This document shows positions 29,436 through 42,881 of a DNA stretch of 64,000 bases, in pieces. The number at the start of each line of letters is the position of its first letter. The stretch's first letter is position 1. A program made the translations under genes and the position numbers. The notes beneath the pieces are model-generated. The model saw only the letters and a program-made list of their open reading frames with translations, made no database searches and was not told where the DNA came from. Source of the DNA: Styela clava (taxonomy: Eukaryota); NCBI RefSeq assembly GCF_964204865.1, contig NC_135252.1, positions 2,170,001-2,234,000 on the forward strand, written 5' to 3'.

Positions 29436-30468
29436 CAGGGGTGTTAAACGCGCGACCCGCGGACCGCATGCGGCCCCAGGGAACTTCCAATGCGGCCCTA
29501 GAAACGCTTAACAACAATTGTAATATTTTGCAAGTTTTTTTGCATGTAATACATTTTTTAAACCTTTCAAATTGAAATTGATTATCAACACAGAAAACGA
29601 CAATTTACAGAATGTAGTTTTGAAAAATTACAAATTTTCTGTCGTCGTTTTGACCCGATTATGGATACACCTCAAGCTAGCAAAAGAATACTCGGCAAAA
29701 AACACTTCAGTGATTAGGAATATACGCATGAAGAATGCATGAAGAAGGTCGCATTTTTCGAGAAAAATGGGAGATACAATTTTTCTGTGCATTTCTCAAA
29801 ATTCATACTGTTTTATTTGTCACTATTCCATTAGTACAATGAAAAAATACAATATAAGTAGACATTATCAGAATGAGCACAGCAGTCAATATGACAAATT
29901 TAAAGATCAACTTCGAACCATGAAACTGTTGCAGTTAAAAGCACAGCTAAATCAGCAGCAAACCTGCTTTAAAACAAACTGTAAAAGTAACGTTGCCACT
30001 TTTTCAGCCAGCTATGAACTTAGCCAGGTGGTTGCAGTCTCTGGAAAGCCTGATATTGATGGAGCTTCCATAAAAAACTGCCTTGTAAAAACATTTGAAA
30101 CTTTTCAAAGATATATTGCTGACAAGAACTACAGTTGCTACTAGAATTGATAAGATGTGCCTAAATTTGAAAACAAATAAAATTAGCCTCTGCTGACTTT
30201 GAATATTTTTTCCTAGCAATTGATGAAATTTGTGATATATCAGGCACTGCACAACTTGCGGTCTTTATACGACATTTCAAATTTAAGAAAATACCAAAAC
30301 TTTATTGCGCAGTTTTATTACATCACAATATGTGTAACAAACTACACTTACCTAAAAATATGCTTTAAGTATACATATATATAAATATATCAAAAACTGT
30401 TCGCGGCCCTTGGCACATTTCCCAAAATGCAATACGATCCTCGAATACCCCCGAGTTTGACACCCCTG
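29436..30468 (+). mobile_element. Internally deleted hAT element (SPIN/GTF2IRD2-like Buster)
   Basis: TIRs CAGGGGTGTTAAAC / GTTTGACACCCCTG, perfect 8-bp TSD ATCTAGAT. Internal ORF 29767-30144 (CFIC..SISTMKKYNISRHYQNEH..LKAQLNQQQ) is a BED-like transposase N-terminus. Confidence 0.9.
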
Positions 30469-30599
30469 ATCTAGATGCAAATGGGATCAACAAAGTCATC
30501 GCATCTATGCAGGAGCAATACTTTTTATAATCAGATTCATTTCGCTTCTGTGAACGAAGGCGAAAATGATCGCTGACTCAGTAGCCTTGCTGTAAATTC

Positions 30600-31310
30600 A
30601 CACATTTTACTTAAGAAAATAATTTTTCGGGCAGCTTATGCTGCAATGGCATCCACGTGGCAAAAAGCACTTCGTCTTTGGTCCGCTTTGCGTTTGGAGC
30701 CCTGCCTTTATTCATATTCTTACACCCGACTTGAAACCATACCGCAGCACCAATACTAAATCCAGCACATTTATTCCAACAGGGAAAGATAAAATTTGTG
30801 AATAAACCATTGAAGCTTGAAAAATCCTCACCACCAGTGTGCAATTTCAACGCTTTTACAATTCTTCTGATACAGCCTCTGTTGATATAGCAAATAAACA
30901 CAGAAATCTGCGATATATCTGCTATGTCTTTACATTCATTCAACGCGTCGAATGCAAAGGGAACTGTTTTAACTGATTTAGAATCTGTTCGAGCCTTTTG
31001 CTTCGCTGTTGATAAAGCGAATACATCTAATTTTTTGATTTGTAAATTAGCTAACAAGAACATACTAAAAGTAGGCAGTTTATTTGTTCGTCGCTGAAAA
31101 TGCTTCTTAACACTTTCCTGCCTGTAATTGCTTTAAACTTGCGTTCAAAACACTCGTTGGGCTTTCTAATACCATTAGGATAATTTGTCTTCAAATGGCC
31201 CTCCCATTTGTTTTTCGTCATGATTCTGCCGAGAGAACTTTGGGACATACCACACACTCTAGTTTGCCATCAGATTCAGTAAAACCCAGTTTTAGTAAAT
31301 CTTCACCAAT
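30600..31310 (-). mobile_element. Degenerate hAT (Buster/Charlie-like) transposase fragment
   Basis: LGFTESDGKLECVVCPKVLSAES, HLKTNYP..KPNECFERK and ALNECKDIADISQISVF motifs in broken ORFs. Confidence 0.7.
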
Positions 31311-32675
31311 CCACTGTGATAGTTTGTAGTTGGGTTTAGTTTGTAGTTGCGTTTTTGAATCGATATAGTAAGCATCACACGATTTTGAAAAAATTCTGTT
31401 TTTCAATATTATTATTGTTAAAACAGTATAAACTCTTTGTAAAACAATATGGTAATGGTCGATAGGAAATAAAGAAAAAAAGACACTTTCTTTGCAATTC
31501 TCATTGAATTTATGAAAGAAAACTAGCAAAGGAAGCAGAAGATGAATGACGCAGTAGTGATAATACAAAAAAAACACCCCATATTCAATTTAAACATTGA
31601 TACGTGTACAATACGTGTTCATTGAGAGTTCTAATGCCTCAATGGTACCGTAAAAAAATCCTAAAGTGTACAGGTCTACTTAAAGTTCGACTCAACCATA
31701 GACACTTGACTTACAACTCAGTACGCCATATATTCAGAATTCAGAAGTAACGTTAATTTCTATTCAAAAAAGTTTTAAAATTCTCTGTATGTGCTTTCAG
31801 AAAGGTCGTAAAATATGTTGAAATGACTTAGATTTTCTCAAGAGTAAAGAGTAATTTTTAAAACAGCTTATCTAACGTAAAATATAGCTGATGATAGCTT
31901 ATTTAGAATATAGATCAATAAGGAAACGAAGATTGCGATTTTACAATATATTAACGTGAAAGGCATGGAACTTCTAGAAGAAACACAGCGTTCTGCAAAA
32001 ACGCAAACGTTTTGATGAATAGTCTGTCTGTTCAGGCGTGGCCTAGTCTATTTGGAAAGTAGGGGCCATTTCATATAAAGACTATGCTCCCTTCAAGAAG
32101 AAAATACTCCTAAAAACTGTGTCTATTTTCGAAAATCCATGCTTTAAAAATTCCATGAACCAACAAAAGATACACTTTCCCCACCTATGTTACTCCCGAA
32201 GAAGCTACGGTCTTCATATAAAGTTCTGTTCTGCTATAAAAAGACCTCATTTACAAATGCTGTGCTACTTTTTGAAACATTTATTATTATTAGTTTAGGC
32301 CCTTTATGAAAGGTATGTATATCTACAAGCATTATATCGCAAACGCCAAAGCTCTAATACCCGTGCTTCACAGTAGTGTGATATTTTAAAAAATTCGCTT
32401 TACAACTTCCGGACAATTAGCTAACTGAAACTCTAGCTAGAGTATTGCGGCATACCCAAAACCGAAATGCAATATAATTATAATTCAACTAATAAATTTA
32501 TTATTTTGAAGTTGATGAAATACTGTGAAAAAGAAACACTGTGTCGACTCTTCCTCGGTACTTCGACTGAGGTTGCAAAATCGATTTGAATGAAAATGTA
32601 TCTTGTCAGAACAAGCCAGTATTTTAGCATTTTAATATTAAGCGATTTGTGTACAAGGAACACAAAATCAAATAT

Positions 32676-35600
32676 TAGGCGGCGAGCCAAGGCCATTTAT
32701 CTTTCAGTTTCGTAGCGCACATAAGGTAACTACCTGAAAATGATTTTAAAATGTTCCTTAGAAATTTAGTAACAAATATTGCCTTGTTCCCACTTCCAAA
32801 AGTTGCACGTTTTACAGAAAAAACTCTTTTACTACAATAAATATGTGTTACCATCTGTCCTATTTTCTCTGCTTTTCCGTTATCATGGGCCAATGAACGC
32901 AGACTTCTGCATGGCGTAACAATCAAATTAGTCAGCTGTAGGTGGATCCCCCGTGTTCGGGTAAATATCAGATGTACTACTGCTCGCTTTTGCGTTGAGT
33001 TGGGTACAATGTTCCCTCTAATTTTTTGTAATATGTGTGCGCAGAAATTTTGGTGTGTGCGCACTTTTTTGGAAATTACTAATATTTGTACAAAAACCGA
33101 TAAAGAAATTTTGGCGTTCTAACCGGGTAATGGGTGGGCCAACAACAAACTTTCTCAACCTGCCAATCGAGAACATTGTTACATTACATCGAAATACGTC
33201 TGTGCGCAGTAAATCTATGTGTGTGCGCAGCCTCTGAAAGCTGTGTGCGCGCGCACACGCGCACACCTTAGAGGGAACACTGGTTGGGTAGCCTTTCCAT
33301 AGTTTTTTTTTCAGTTATTATTAGTTCAGTTATTCTAAGTAGGTGTTGAAAAGTATAAGTAAGATATTAAACACTTGTATATCCTTACCATAAATAGCAA
33401 TTTTAGTTGAGCACTAGCTCATAAGACGTTGTTAAATAGGTACGGTGCGGTAACTCCAAGGAAGGCTAGACCTAGAATAATATGTCACAAACAACGATAT
33501 TTTTTGGCTAGCATGAAATGTTTATGATTAATTTAATGACTCTGTTTCTGTAATGCACGGTTGTGTGAAAGAGAAGAAAATAATCAATTTTACTAATGTC
33601 GGTTGGTCTAAATCTAAATTCATAGAGTCGACAAGAACCTGGGAAGCAATGATAAGTTATGCCGGAGTGGAAAGAAAAATAGCATTGGAAACGATTGAGA
33701 GGTGAGAAATCAAGTTGTAGACAGACAGTTGATGTTTTAAAATATAGTCTATAGTCCATACTCATACTGTCATAGGGCATTTCAGACTGTGATATATATA
33801 TCAAAATTTAGTGTAGATATAGTCTAGTAATGGTATGGAAACACTGCTGGACTGTAGTACATGCAATGAGCATATATACTCTCATTGAGTACATCGGATA
33901 AAATGCATTATGTATTCAATGTATTAGTTAGTATTTAGTGGTATTTTTACTCTCATGCTGTTCAAAATATGATTTTCATCCTCATTTTAGATACTGTACT
34001 ACAAAAGAAAACGGCAATGTTCCACCAATCCGACCTAACGCAGGCTCTAATCCCTGCTGCTATCAGTCCTATAAAATGGATTAAACAAGAACTCTTGAAG
34101 CGTGAAGGTATATGAGAATCATAATAGTTGCAAACAGCTTAGAGGGGTTTCCATATTAAAATACTTTAGCACTTTCCTGCAATTGGAACTGCCCATCATA
34201 CTCATGTTGGAGACTTCATTGAGGTTTTCAATTCATTTTTTGTCTCAACTATGAAGATCTTTTGAGGTTAACGAGGCATTAATAAATAAAGCTGAGGAAT
34301 TTGTTTGTTCACTGTATGAAGAGGATATGAAGAATGTAAATGATACCAGGGCACGTCTATTTAACACTGGCAAACATAAGGATTATACTCTCCCACCCAA
34401 CAATGATTCACTGAAGAAGCATGTGGCCCTCAAATCAGTTCTTGAGTTGGCAAACTGCAAGTGTAAGAAAAATAGTCAAAATAATTTATGCAAGTGTGGA
34501 AAAATCAACTTAAATTGCACAGATTTTTGTTTTTGTATTGACTGCAAAAATCACAGTACACTTATAGGGGAAAAGTCGATTTTCGAGATGTGGATTTCAA
34601 AAACAATTCAGAAAAAAGTGAATTAGATATTGCAGTTGATTTAATAAGTATCATTTATTTGTTTGTTTTTTCGGACATTTGTTAGTGTCGTAGTCCTGTT
34701 TCTAGAAATAATATTGCCTTTGTTCAAATACATAACCACATAAACCAAAAAAAGACTAAATGTAATATTTCTGTTCACTATGTTATGTACATACTGTACA
34801 TTCATTTAATTTTCTTGACATTTCCAGTAAATTTCTAAGTGAGAAATAACTGATTTATTTGTGTTTTCGTGCTCACGATGTTAATTTGTGACTTCATTGC
34901 TTAAAAATAAATACGTTTGATAGCTTCTATAATATGGATGTAGATTTTTAGGCTGTTTTTGTTGTAAACTGCTTGTGGGTATTACATAAAATTTATTCGA
35001 CCTTTCGAGGTCACTCGCGACTCCTGTCACACAATTAAAGTATTTTTGTTATTGGTTACATGTATGCCATATTTTTCGTAATCTACCTAGTAAAATATGA
35101 TTGACTGAGGAAGTCTGATTTTGGTCAGGCAAAACGTTACAGGAATACATTTGTGTTAGTGTGCTGTAGGGCTCTCGAATTGCATAGTTCTTATGTATGT
35201 GTTGTAAACTTATGGTTATTGAATTTCCGGGAACCTCTTATATTCAATTTCGCTGTAACGCTGTAATGCGTTCAGTATGTTCATTTTCACACAAAACTGA
35301 AGAATTTATTTAGTTACCAGATCTGCGCTACGAAACTCATTTTCTGGGCGTTTTCAAGGCTTCGTCTCACGGCCCATATCCGTGGTAAGGATCTACAAGT
35401 GTTTAATACCTTACTTATACTTTTTAACAACGTCTTAGCATAACTTAACTAATAATAACTAAACAGGGCTATGGAAAGGCTGCCCAACTTAACGCAAGAT
35501 CGAGCAGTAATAACTAAGATTCATCCACTCGCTAACAGGTGATTCGATTCAATTGTTACGTCATGTAGAAGTCATTGTTCATTGCTGGAAATGTAGAGAA

Positions 35601-35799
35601 TATAGGACAGATCGTAGCACATATTTCTTGTAGTAAAAGCGTCTTTTCCGTAAAACGTGCAACTTTTGGAAGTGAGAACAAGGCAATATTTGTTACTAAA
35701 TTTTCAAGGGACATTTTAAAATCATTTTTAGGTAGTTACCTGATGTGCTCTACGAAACTCACATTCTAGGCGTTTTTCAGGGCCTCGGCTCGCGGCCTA
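32676..35799 (+). mobile_element. Academ-superfamily DNA transposon, internally deleted
   Basis: Termini TAG..CTA (TAGGCGGCGAGCCAAGGCC / GGCCTCGGCTCGCGGCCTA) with 3-bp TSD TAT; long imperfect TIRs (~32676-33400 vs ~35390-35799). Internal remnant AEEFVCSLY..VNDTRARLF..LPPNNDSLKKHV..LELANCKCKK..CKCGKINLNCTDFCFCIDC resembles the XPG-adjacent Cys-rich C-terminus of Academ proteins. Confidence 0.75.
33007..33282. mobile_element. hAT MITE nested in the left Academ TIR
   Basis: TIRs CAATGTTCCCTCTAA / TTAGAGGGAACACTG; perfect 8-bp TSD GTTGGGTA. Confidence 0.88.
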
Positions 35800-35944
35800 T
35801 ATCTTATTATCAAAATTTTGAAGCATTCTGTGAAGAAACAGAGGCTGGAAAACATAAGCTAAGAGGCTGACAAAGAGATGTTTGCGAACTCAGTGCTCTC
35901 GATCCTTACGATAACGGTACCGATTCGGTGTTCATATATCAGAG

Positions 35945-37056
35945 CAACGGTGGGCAAACCGCGGCTTGTGGGCCGCATGCGTCTCGAAAGATTTAATGCG
36001 CTTTTCTCGCTAGCATTAATTATTATCTAAATTTAACTAAGAGAAACTGTATCAGTTTTTTTAAATTTATTAATCGGTAGAAGAAGTTTTCATCAATGAT
36101 TAGGACAAATTATGTTTTAGTACGAAAATTGTTGTAGAGTAGAATTTTAAATTTGAATCATTCGATAAATCTTACGTCACAATGGTCAAATGTTTGCGCC
36201 TATGTTGGGTGTATGTCATGATGGATAGGATTCACATATTTATCTAGTGGGAGAAGACAGCCGATCGGTAAGTATGTTGATAGGTATTTGCCTGTCTGTC
36301 TATCTGTCTGTTTGTTTGTTTGTCTTTTAGATGCACGCGATATCTCACGAAAGCGATTGAATCTGCTCCAGATTTTGCATGTGCATTCATCATATCTCGG
36401 ACCAGAAGCCTATTGATTTTGGGCGAATTATGTCGTATAATTAGCGAGTTATTAATTAATTAGTGATGGGACACAAGGTGTCACTATGGAGTAAGAGCGC
36501 TGTTTCGGGTTCCCCTAACTTTCGATCGATAAGTCTTCGGTCTCTGACCGATATTCTCGGTCAGCCAGTTATTTGTTCTCAGATGCATGGACTTTGTTCT
36601 CAGATGCATGGACTTGGTGGTGGAGGAAGCCATAACCACTCTACGGCGGTGAGGAGTCCAGCAATCCTATCGCACATAATTAGCCCCGCATAACACAAAT
36701 TTATGACATCATTTGGCAAGGAATCCGATGCAACAACTGAAGCTATAGTTTTGTTATATAATGGAATATTGCTCCTGCTAAACACCCATACTCTGACTGT
36801 GATTTTGTGAAAAATAAATATGGCTGATGTTGTCGCAGTCTTGAATCCCAACAACACGAACCGACTGATAACCCAAACGCCGGTTGCGCATTGCACTACA
36901 CAAAGGAAAAGATCCCAAATTAATACCAATGTAATAGTTACAATGCAGAATGATTTAATGAGTTCTAATATCAACAATTTCAAAAATTATGCGGCCCGCA
37001 CACATTTCTGACTCGCTGCATTCGGCTCTTATACTATAAATTTTTGCCTACCCCTG
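35945..37056. mobile_element. hAT non-autonomous element with nested insertions
   Basis: Ends CAACGGTGGGCAAA..GGGCCGCATGCG / GCGGCCCGC..TTTGCCTACCCCTG; degenerate TSD tatcagag/tattggag. Confidence 0.65.
36240..36570 (+). mobile_element. Helentron/HINE-like repeat, second copy
   Basis: Same core as 5683-6020; GTCT/GTTT microsatellite; sub-terminal inverted repeat; 3' hairpin CTGACCGA-tattc-TCGGTCAG. Confidence 0.6.
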
Positions 37057-37987
37057 TATTGGAGTATTGATGTGCACGATATGCACATGAGGGTTATTTT
37101 GCTAAAAACACGATGGAATGAAAAGAATAAAATCACTTATCTATAAATCGAATTCGATCGGGAATTTTTTGAATACCGAATATTTAAAACAACCCTCAGT
37201 TATATAAATATATTTTAAAACGTGTGGACATGAAATGCATGAAAGAATATATGTCAAATATAAAAAATATTCCAGTGAACGAACACTAGCAAGAGATGTT
37301 GTAGTCATCATCAACTGTTATTAGGAAACGTTGCTCCATCGCCCCTGCAATGATCTGAAACAAAAAATACTTTATAAAATAATATTTTTGTTCTAAACCT
37401 TACACATTTCGAAGAAAGATTGATATCAGTATTTGAAATCTCTTTTTTATCGAGACTTGTATTACTGATTATAAATAAAACTGTAGTTCTAGAGATCATG
37501 GACATTTTGTGTACTAGATTTTTGATATTTTGTCATAAAGGCCTAAGTAATGAAAAACGCAGTGAATAAGTTTTACCTTGATCCATCTTTGCAGGTTGTA
37601 ATTCAATTTCAAGTATGTCGGAGCTCACCTTCAAATATATATAGTAATGATTTTAAAAACGGGATTGATCTCATTTATACTTAACTCAAGTCGAAGTGAA
37701 TCTGGTACGATATACTGAGCCAGACATATTCCAGTCTATTTTTACCACCAAGTTCCTGTACGCCCTATGCCTATCTAATGATACATAGGAAGATATCTCG
37801 AGAAAAGAAAAAATTAATATGAGTTTATACGCAAGTGTTCTACATCGCCTATAATTCAATAATTTGTCTGTATCGTTAGAAAAATAAGTATATACAGTAT
37901 ATAAATCTGATTGTTGCACTGTCCCTTGTACCAAATACCGTTATTTGTTATATCTGAAAGTTTGATTGTTCTTCGCTAGCCGATTTC

Positions 37988-40900
37988 CTACCTATTCTTC
38001 TTATCGGCTCTTTTCTCTCTTTGACACTGAATTGAATGCTTTGTTTTTCAATGTTAATTATTATTTAATTACCTTTAGAGTCTCCAGTTTAATTTGGGCA
38101 ACTGCCCCAAACATTGCCGCCAATGTAATTTCCTGAGCAACATCTCTCTATAAAATTAAAAATAAAAACATTTCACAGAATCTGAATAAAATAATGCTGA
38201 CTAATATTTGATATATTTTTCCCTTTTAATATTAAAATTGAATCATTTCGATAATTTAGATTATAAAATTTGTACAAACCAATTCTTGTTCGATCTTTAG
38301 ATCTTTCCAAAGATTTTGTTTTTCAAATCTCTCCTCTTCTTCCTGATACAACAAAAAATTCAAACATCAAACTAAATTATATGAATAATAGGGGCTCCCG
38401 AAGTATGCGAACCAAGATGACGGACATCGGAATGTGATATGTGTACTAGGTTAGGGTTAGGCCATAATTTTAGGTATAAATACTACGGGAGGCTCTTGGC
38501 TAGTCTTCGAACTGATAATAGGACTAAAATAAGAAAAATTGGAAATAAATTATGGCCAACCCTAACCTGTTACCCATGTTACGTTCCGATGTCCGCCATC
38601 TTGGTTCGCATACTTCGGGAGCACCGAATAATATTTATAATGCACGATAATGATTACATAGATTAAATTTTGAATGATTTTTGTTACATTCACCGCTTAG
38701 ATGACATACATATAAATTACCTGTTTAATTGAAGAAAAGTACAATATCTGATCTATAAATGATAAGTTCAAAGAAGCGTGCATGGTTACAGCTCTCTCTG
38801 ATAATCATGAATCAAATTGAAAATATTCCAGAATATTACCTGTTTCTGCATCTCAAACTGCTGCTTTGCATGTCTGTTTGATACGCAATCAAAATCGTCG
38901 ATACTCTAAAAGATAGATTTGTGTATAAGATAATTAATGAAATAAATTGATTTCTTCAAAGATTATTTATTTTCACAGATAGTCAATGCATAAATACACA
39001 TACCGAAGATAGCGAAGATATTTCACTCATGGTGCTATCCTGAGAACACAAAAATGAAAATTGGAGTGAATTTATAACAGATGAAATTTCCAAAATCCGT
39101 ATTCGCTAAATAATGTAAAGATGCGCACAACGTGTCGAATTTTTGCACGAATGCACCTGCGGTTTTATAAAATAACTGCTTTTAATTAGCGCTTGAACAC
39201 GATTAAAATAAATATGGTATATTGAATAAGTTTATTTCTAATTATTTATACATTTTTAATTTGTTCTGGTTTATTAAATAATAGGTCAATATGAATTGTG
39301 TGGTCTGAGATCTCAGGATAATCCAGAATATTGTGCCATAGGTTAAATACCCACCTGAATGTTTTATATAACTTGTTTGGAAATTCAATACCAACAATAT
39401 GCACTTACCATAGACAAGGACGATACATAAGTCAAAGAATAATCCTGTTAAAATGAAAAACAATATAAAGATTAGTATTAAAATTATCGATGTAATTTAT
39501 TTAATTGGAAATTTCTGATCTTTTTATCTAAATATTTCTTTGCAGTTTTATAACCTTTTTGTTTTGCAATGTCTCGGGCCATTTGGGCACAGGGGGAAAA
39601 GAAGATTTTACAATAAGGAAAACAATAATGTACATCATAGCTAGAGCAGAGATGCTGTTAAACGATAAATATACTACCTTCGTTCAAAAAAAGCAAATGA
39701 TAAAATTACATATCATGAATACGTCCAATAGTTGGCATATAAACTTAATCTCTGCGTAACAAACAGCTAACTTCAATTAAAATGTTATATTAAAATATTA
39801 TAACAAATCTTAAATATCATATTTCGTCAAACTATTCAGACTCTTTTTCATACCGTTGATATCGAAGAAACTTCCCATTGCATATCTTCATCCTGTTGCG
39901 AAATGATGATTTAAAAATTAATGCACTACAAACCATAATTGCAAATGAAAAATGATTGTCTGTCGGTAAATGTATTTATATTCGTATGTTATAAAGTAAA
40001 TTATATTTTGGATTTATGGTATATTCTGAATAATTATTAAAAAGAAACTTTTTTGTGATATCTGCGATTTAGTCATCAAAGAGATAGAGAGAAATATAAT
40101 TTGTGTCTTTCATTTACTAGATAAAACTAAAAAATCACAAATTTTAACTGTTAATTTTTTTTTTATATCTTTGGCTTCAAACAATAACTCTTTTAAAATA
40201 TAATATAGAATGTTATGAAGGAAACTATTTGATGGACTATTTTCCTTCATCACCAATTAAAATGAAAGGAATCTCAACTGTAATAGACATAAATAAAGAA
40301 AAAATATGGTCATTGGATACAAATAATATCAACACCACTAATTGCTTCATAAACAAAGCAATAATAAACAACAATATAAAGTTATTTACATATGGCAGGG
40401 TAGTAAAATTGTTGTAATAATAATATTAAGAGCCATCATTTTTTTAATCCCATTGGTATTTAAGATCTGATTATTGCAACCGGCACCGACCCAAAGCAAA
40501 CAATGTCTCAATTTCCATATCCTGGTAAAACAAGATTACCTTCTCGTAAAACGATTCCAGCGCTATATTTTCTGATCGATGAGATTGTGACGTTATTTCT
40601 CCAAGATCATCAAAATTCTGGGAATAAATTTGTATAAATATATGTTGTTAAAGATAACGTTAATTCATCCAAGAGAATAAAACGTTACTATTAAATGTCA
40701 ATAAGATTTACATGAATATTACATTTTTTGGTGCTACTGAAGTATGCGCACAAAGATGTCGCACAACCTGAACCCAGTACTGGTACACAACCTGAATTCA
40801 GATTGTGCGCCATCTTGGTGCGCATACTTCAGGAGGTTCCATTTTTTGTTTAAACCATGGTTAACAAAGGAATAAAGTAAAATGTTGAAGCTTAAATGTA

Positions 40901-42587
40901 TATCCGGTTGAATAATAATTGGATATTCAAGTTCGCTAAACAATTCTGCGCTATTTTCTTGCAATGGTCAACGACATCTGCTGCATATTTATTCAGAATA
41001 AATTTTATTGTAACAGAAAATAATCGTTGATGTATAAATGTGATTTTAATGATTTTACTCACGTCGTCCATTTTATTCCTGTTTGACTTCATGCCATTCT
41101 GAGTCTTTGAAAAGCATTTGGTAAATATCTGACAAATTAATAAGTACATTTATTACAAGCAAATGAAAAGTCATATGAATTCCTATTTTTTCTGTGGTTT
41201 ACCTTCATCTTCAAATTCAATCCCGTTAATTTTGTCTTGTTGTTTGTAACTTTTTTAATCTTACATTTTCCGGACTGACGTGTCCGTTTTTCGAAATTCT
41301 AAAAGAATGTAGCAATTGAGAGAAATGCGAAAGAAGAGCTATCACAGTTTATAAGCGATAATGATAATTTTCATGATGACTATAGTTTTCAGCACTTTCA
41401 ATTGATGGAAAATTTACTGATGAATGACTTGGTGTCTTTGGTGTTGTTTTTAAACATTAAACATTTGAATCGACAAGTCATATGTAACAAACAGAGCTGC
41501 TGCGCAGAGCTGGGGCCAAGACTTTTTTGAAATAACGTCAGTTATCCAATCATTACCTGCGCTCTGTACAAAGTGCCACAATGTTCTTGGGAGTTATAAT
41601 CATTGGTATCATCTCAAATATTTAAATTTATCTAAACTGCCAGAATATTTCCAAATATGTGTTGTTCAGTTTTAACTTCCTTACTATTATGCAGAATTTA
41701 AAAAAAAGTTGGTTAGTCAATTTCTTATTTACTCACCATAACATTATTGACTTTTCTCATTTTTCTTCCAAACCAACTTGCAAATGCAACAATGCAATGG
41801 ATTGCATTCAAGAAAGAAGACGATCTTTCCTCACTGTCTCCTCGTTTCTTGAAAAAAGGTCAATTACTTTAAACATTGTTTAAAAAATATAGTCTACCAA
41901 ATTATAATTTTGTTTTAAATAGCTGTACTAAGATTTCGTCGATATGTTTCTGGAAAGGACGGTACATCGGACACTCAAATTTTGTTTACATTGCAACAGA
42001 ATTTGTACATATATTACATATATCACAACTCGGAATGTTCAATGTATCAGGATTAATTGTTTAAAAAGTCATGTAATATATCTTCAGGGTTTCATTATTT
42101 CTGTTAGTATCAATGGCGAGGTCAAGTCAAACACTGAAAATACTTCTGATTCCGAATTTGTATAGTGATCGACCCAAGGCAAAGTCGCTTAGCACGAACC
42201 ATATACGCTGAACAAGAAGAATGACACGAGTAACCACTTGTTCAAATAAGAATCGAAACAGCGAGATGTAGACGCTCCTAAGATGAAGTAAATAATTCAG
42301 CAAAGCTTATTGCACAAAGTTTCGGAGGCTAAATTTGTCAACAAGAAGACCAATCTCGTGCCCATGAAGTTAAAGCGGCCTTCACAGATAATTGATACAC
42401 TTTCTCATTGTATAACCAAATTTTGACAGACAAATTGCACTGTTCATTTGATAAAAAGTAGTTCTTTACATACTTGATTCCAACGTTTACGATTCTTACG
42501 ACTCCGCCGTTTCCGTCCACATGAAATGCGATGGCCTCCATCTTCATCTGGCGGATCAATTACAACTTCCTGGTGATGAATATTCAT
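37988..42587 (-). CDS. Uncharacterised all-phase-0 short-exon gene, copy A. Exons 42587-42474, 41847-41737, 41298-41203, 41128-41063, 40617-40540, 39892-39854, 39444-39409, 39039-39004, 38905-38840, 38747-38721, 38342-38280, 38147-38073, 38026-37988; the 72-nt exon near 41560-41610 has lost its acceptor
   Basis: Every exon is bounded by AG/GT, is a multiple of 3 and is open in phase 0: MNIHHQEVVIDPPDEDGGHRISCGRKRRSRKNRKRWNQ|KRGDSEE...|DEDMQWEVSSIST|DYSLTYVSSLSM|DSTMSEISSLSS|...|CQREKRADKKNR*. Confidence 0.7.
38391..38625. mobile_element. Palindromic MITE present only in duplicate copy A
   Basis: Long TIRs GGGGCTCCCGAAGTATGCGAACCAAGATG / CATCTTGGTTCGCATACTTCGGGAGCACC, flanked by direct repeat GAATAATA; absent at the homologous site (~46400) in copy B. 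A related short element sits at ~40730-40840 and ~51636-51746. Confidence 0.85.
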
Positions 42588-42881
42588 GATAACAGTATCG
42601 TTAACATTTCAATTCAACTGCTCGTTGTAAATGAATTTCTTGGATTTTAATGCAATTTGCAAATATTGTTTGAATTGTGACGTCACAATCAATGACAAAT
42701 TAAAAATTCATTCAATAGGTTTCAAGAATCTCACTGAGAAACTGTGTGAATTTGTTTAATATATGGTTAGTGTTCGTAATGGTGAACGACAAATTTGAGA
42801 GAAAGTCGCCAAGATGACAAACAGAACTTGCTGATATCTTGCTACACATTTTGGTGGTAACAAAAACAGGTATATAGACAG

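Larger units (their letters stand above)
37203..42881. repeat. Tandem segmental duplication, copy A (partner 45110-53815)
   Basis: Colinear high similarity from tatattttaaaacgtgtggacatg to ggtatatagacag; paired ORFs such as 40229/51135 and 41944/52867. Confidence 0.95.

Noticed and set aside
38447-38570. Telomere-like GGTTAGGGTTAGG / CCCTAACC motifs
   Set aside because: They are internal parts of the MITE's inverted arms, not an interstitial telomere array.
40229-40417. Plus-strand ORF conserved in both duplicates (also 51135-51323)
   Set aside because: AT-rich intronic sequence; the conservation reflects the duplication, with no protein features.
41950-42280. Possible extra exon(s) in intron 1 of the short-exon gene (ORF 52968-53174 in copy B, hydrophobic NKWLLVSFFLFSVYG)
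   Set aside because: The acceptor phase does not fit exon 1, there are stops in every frame, and copy A has a TAA in this frame. Exon 1 splices in phase directly to the next exon.
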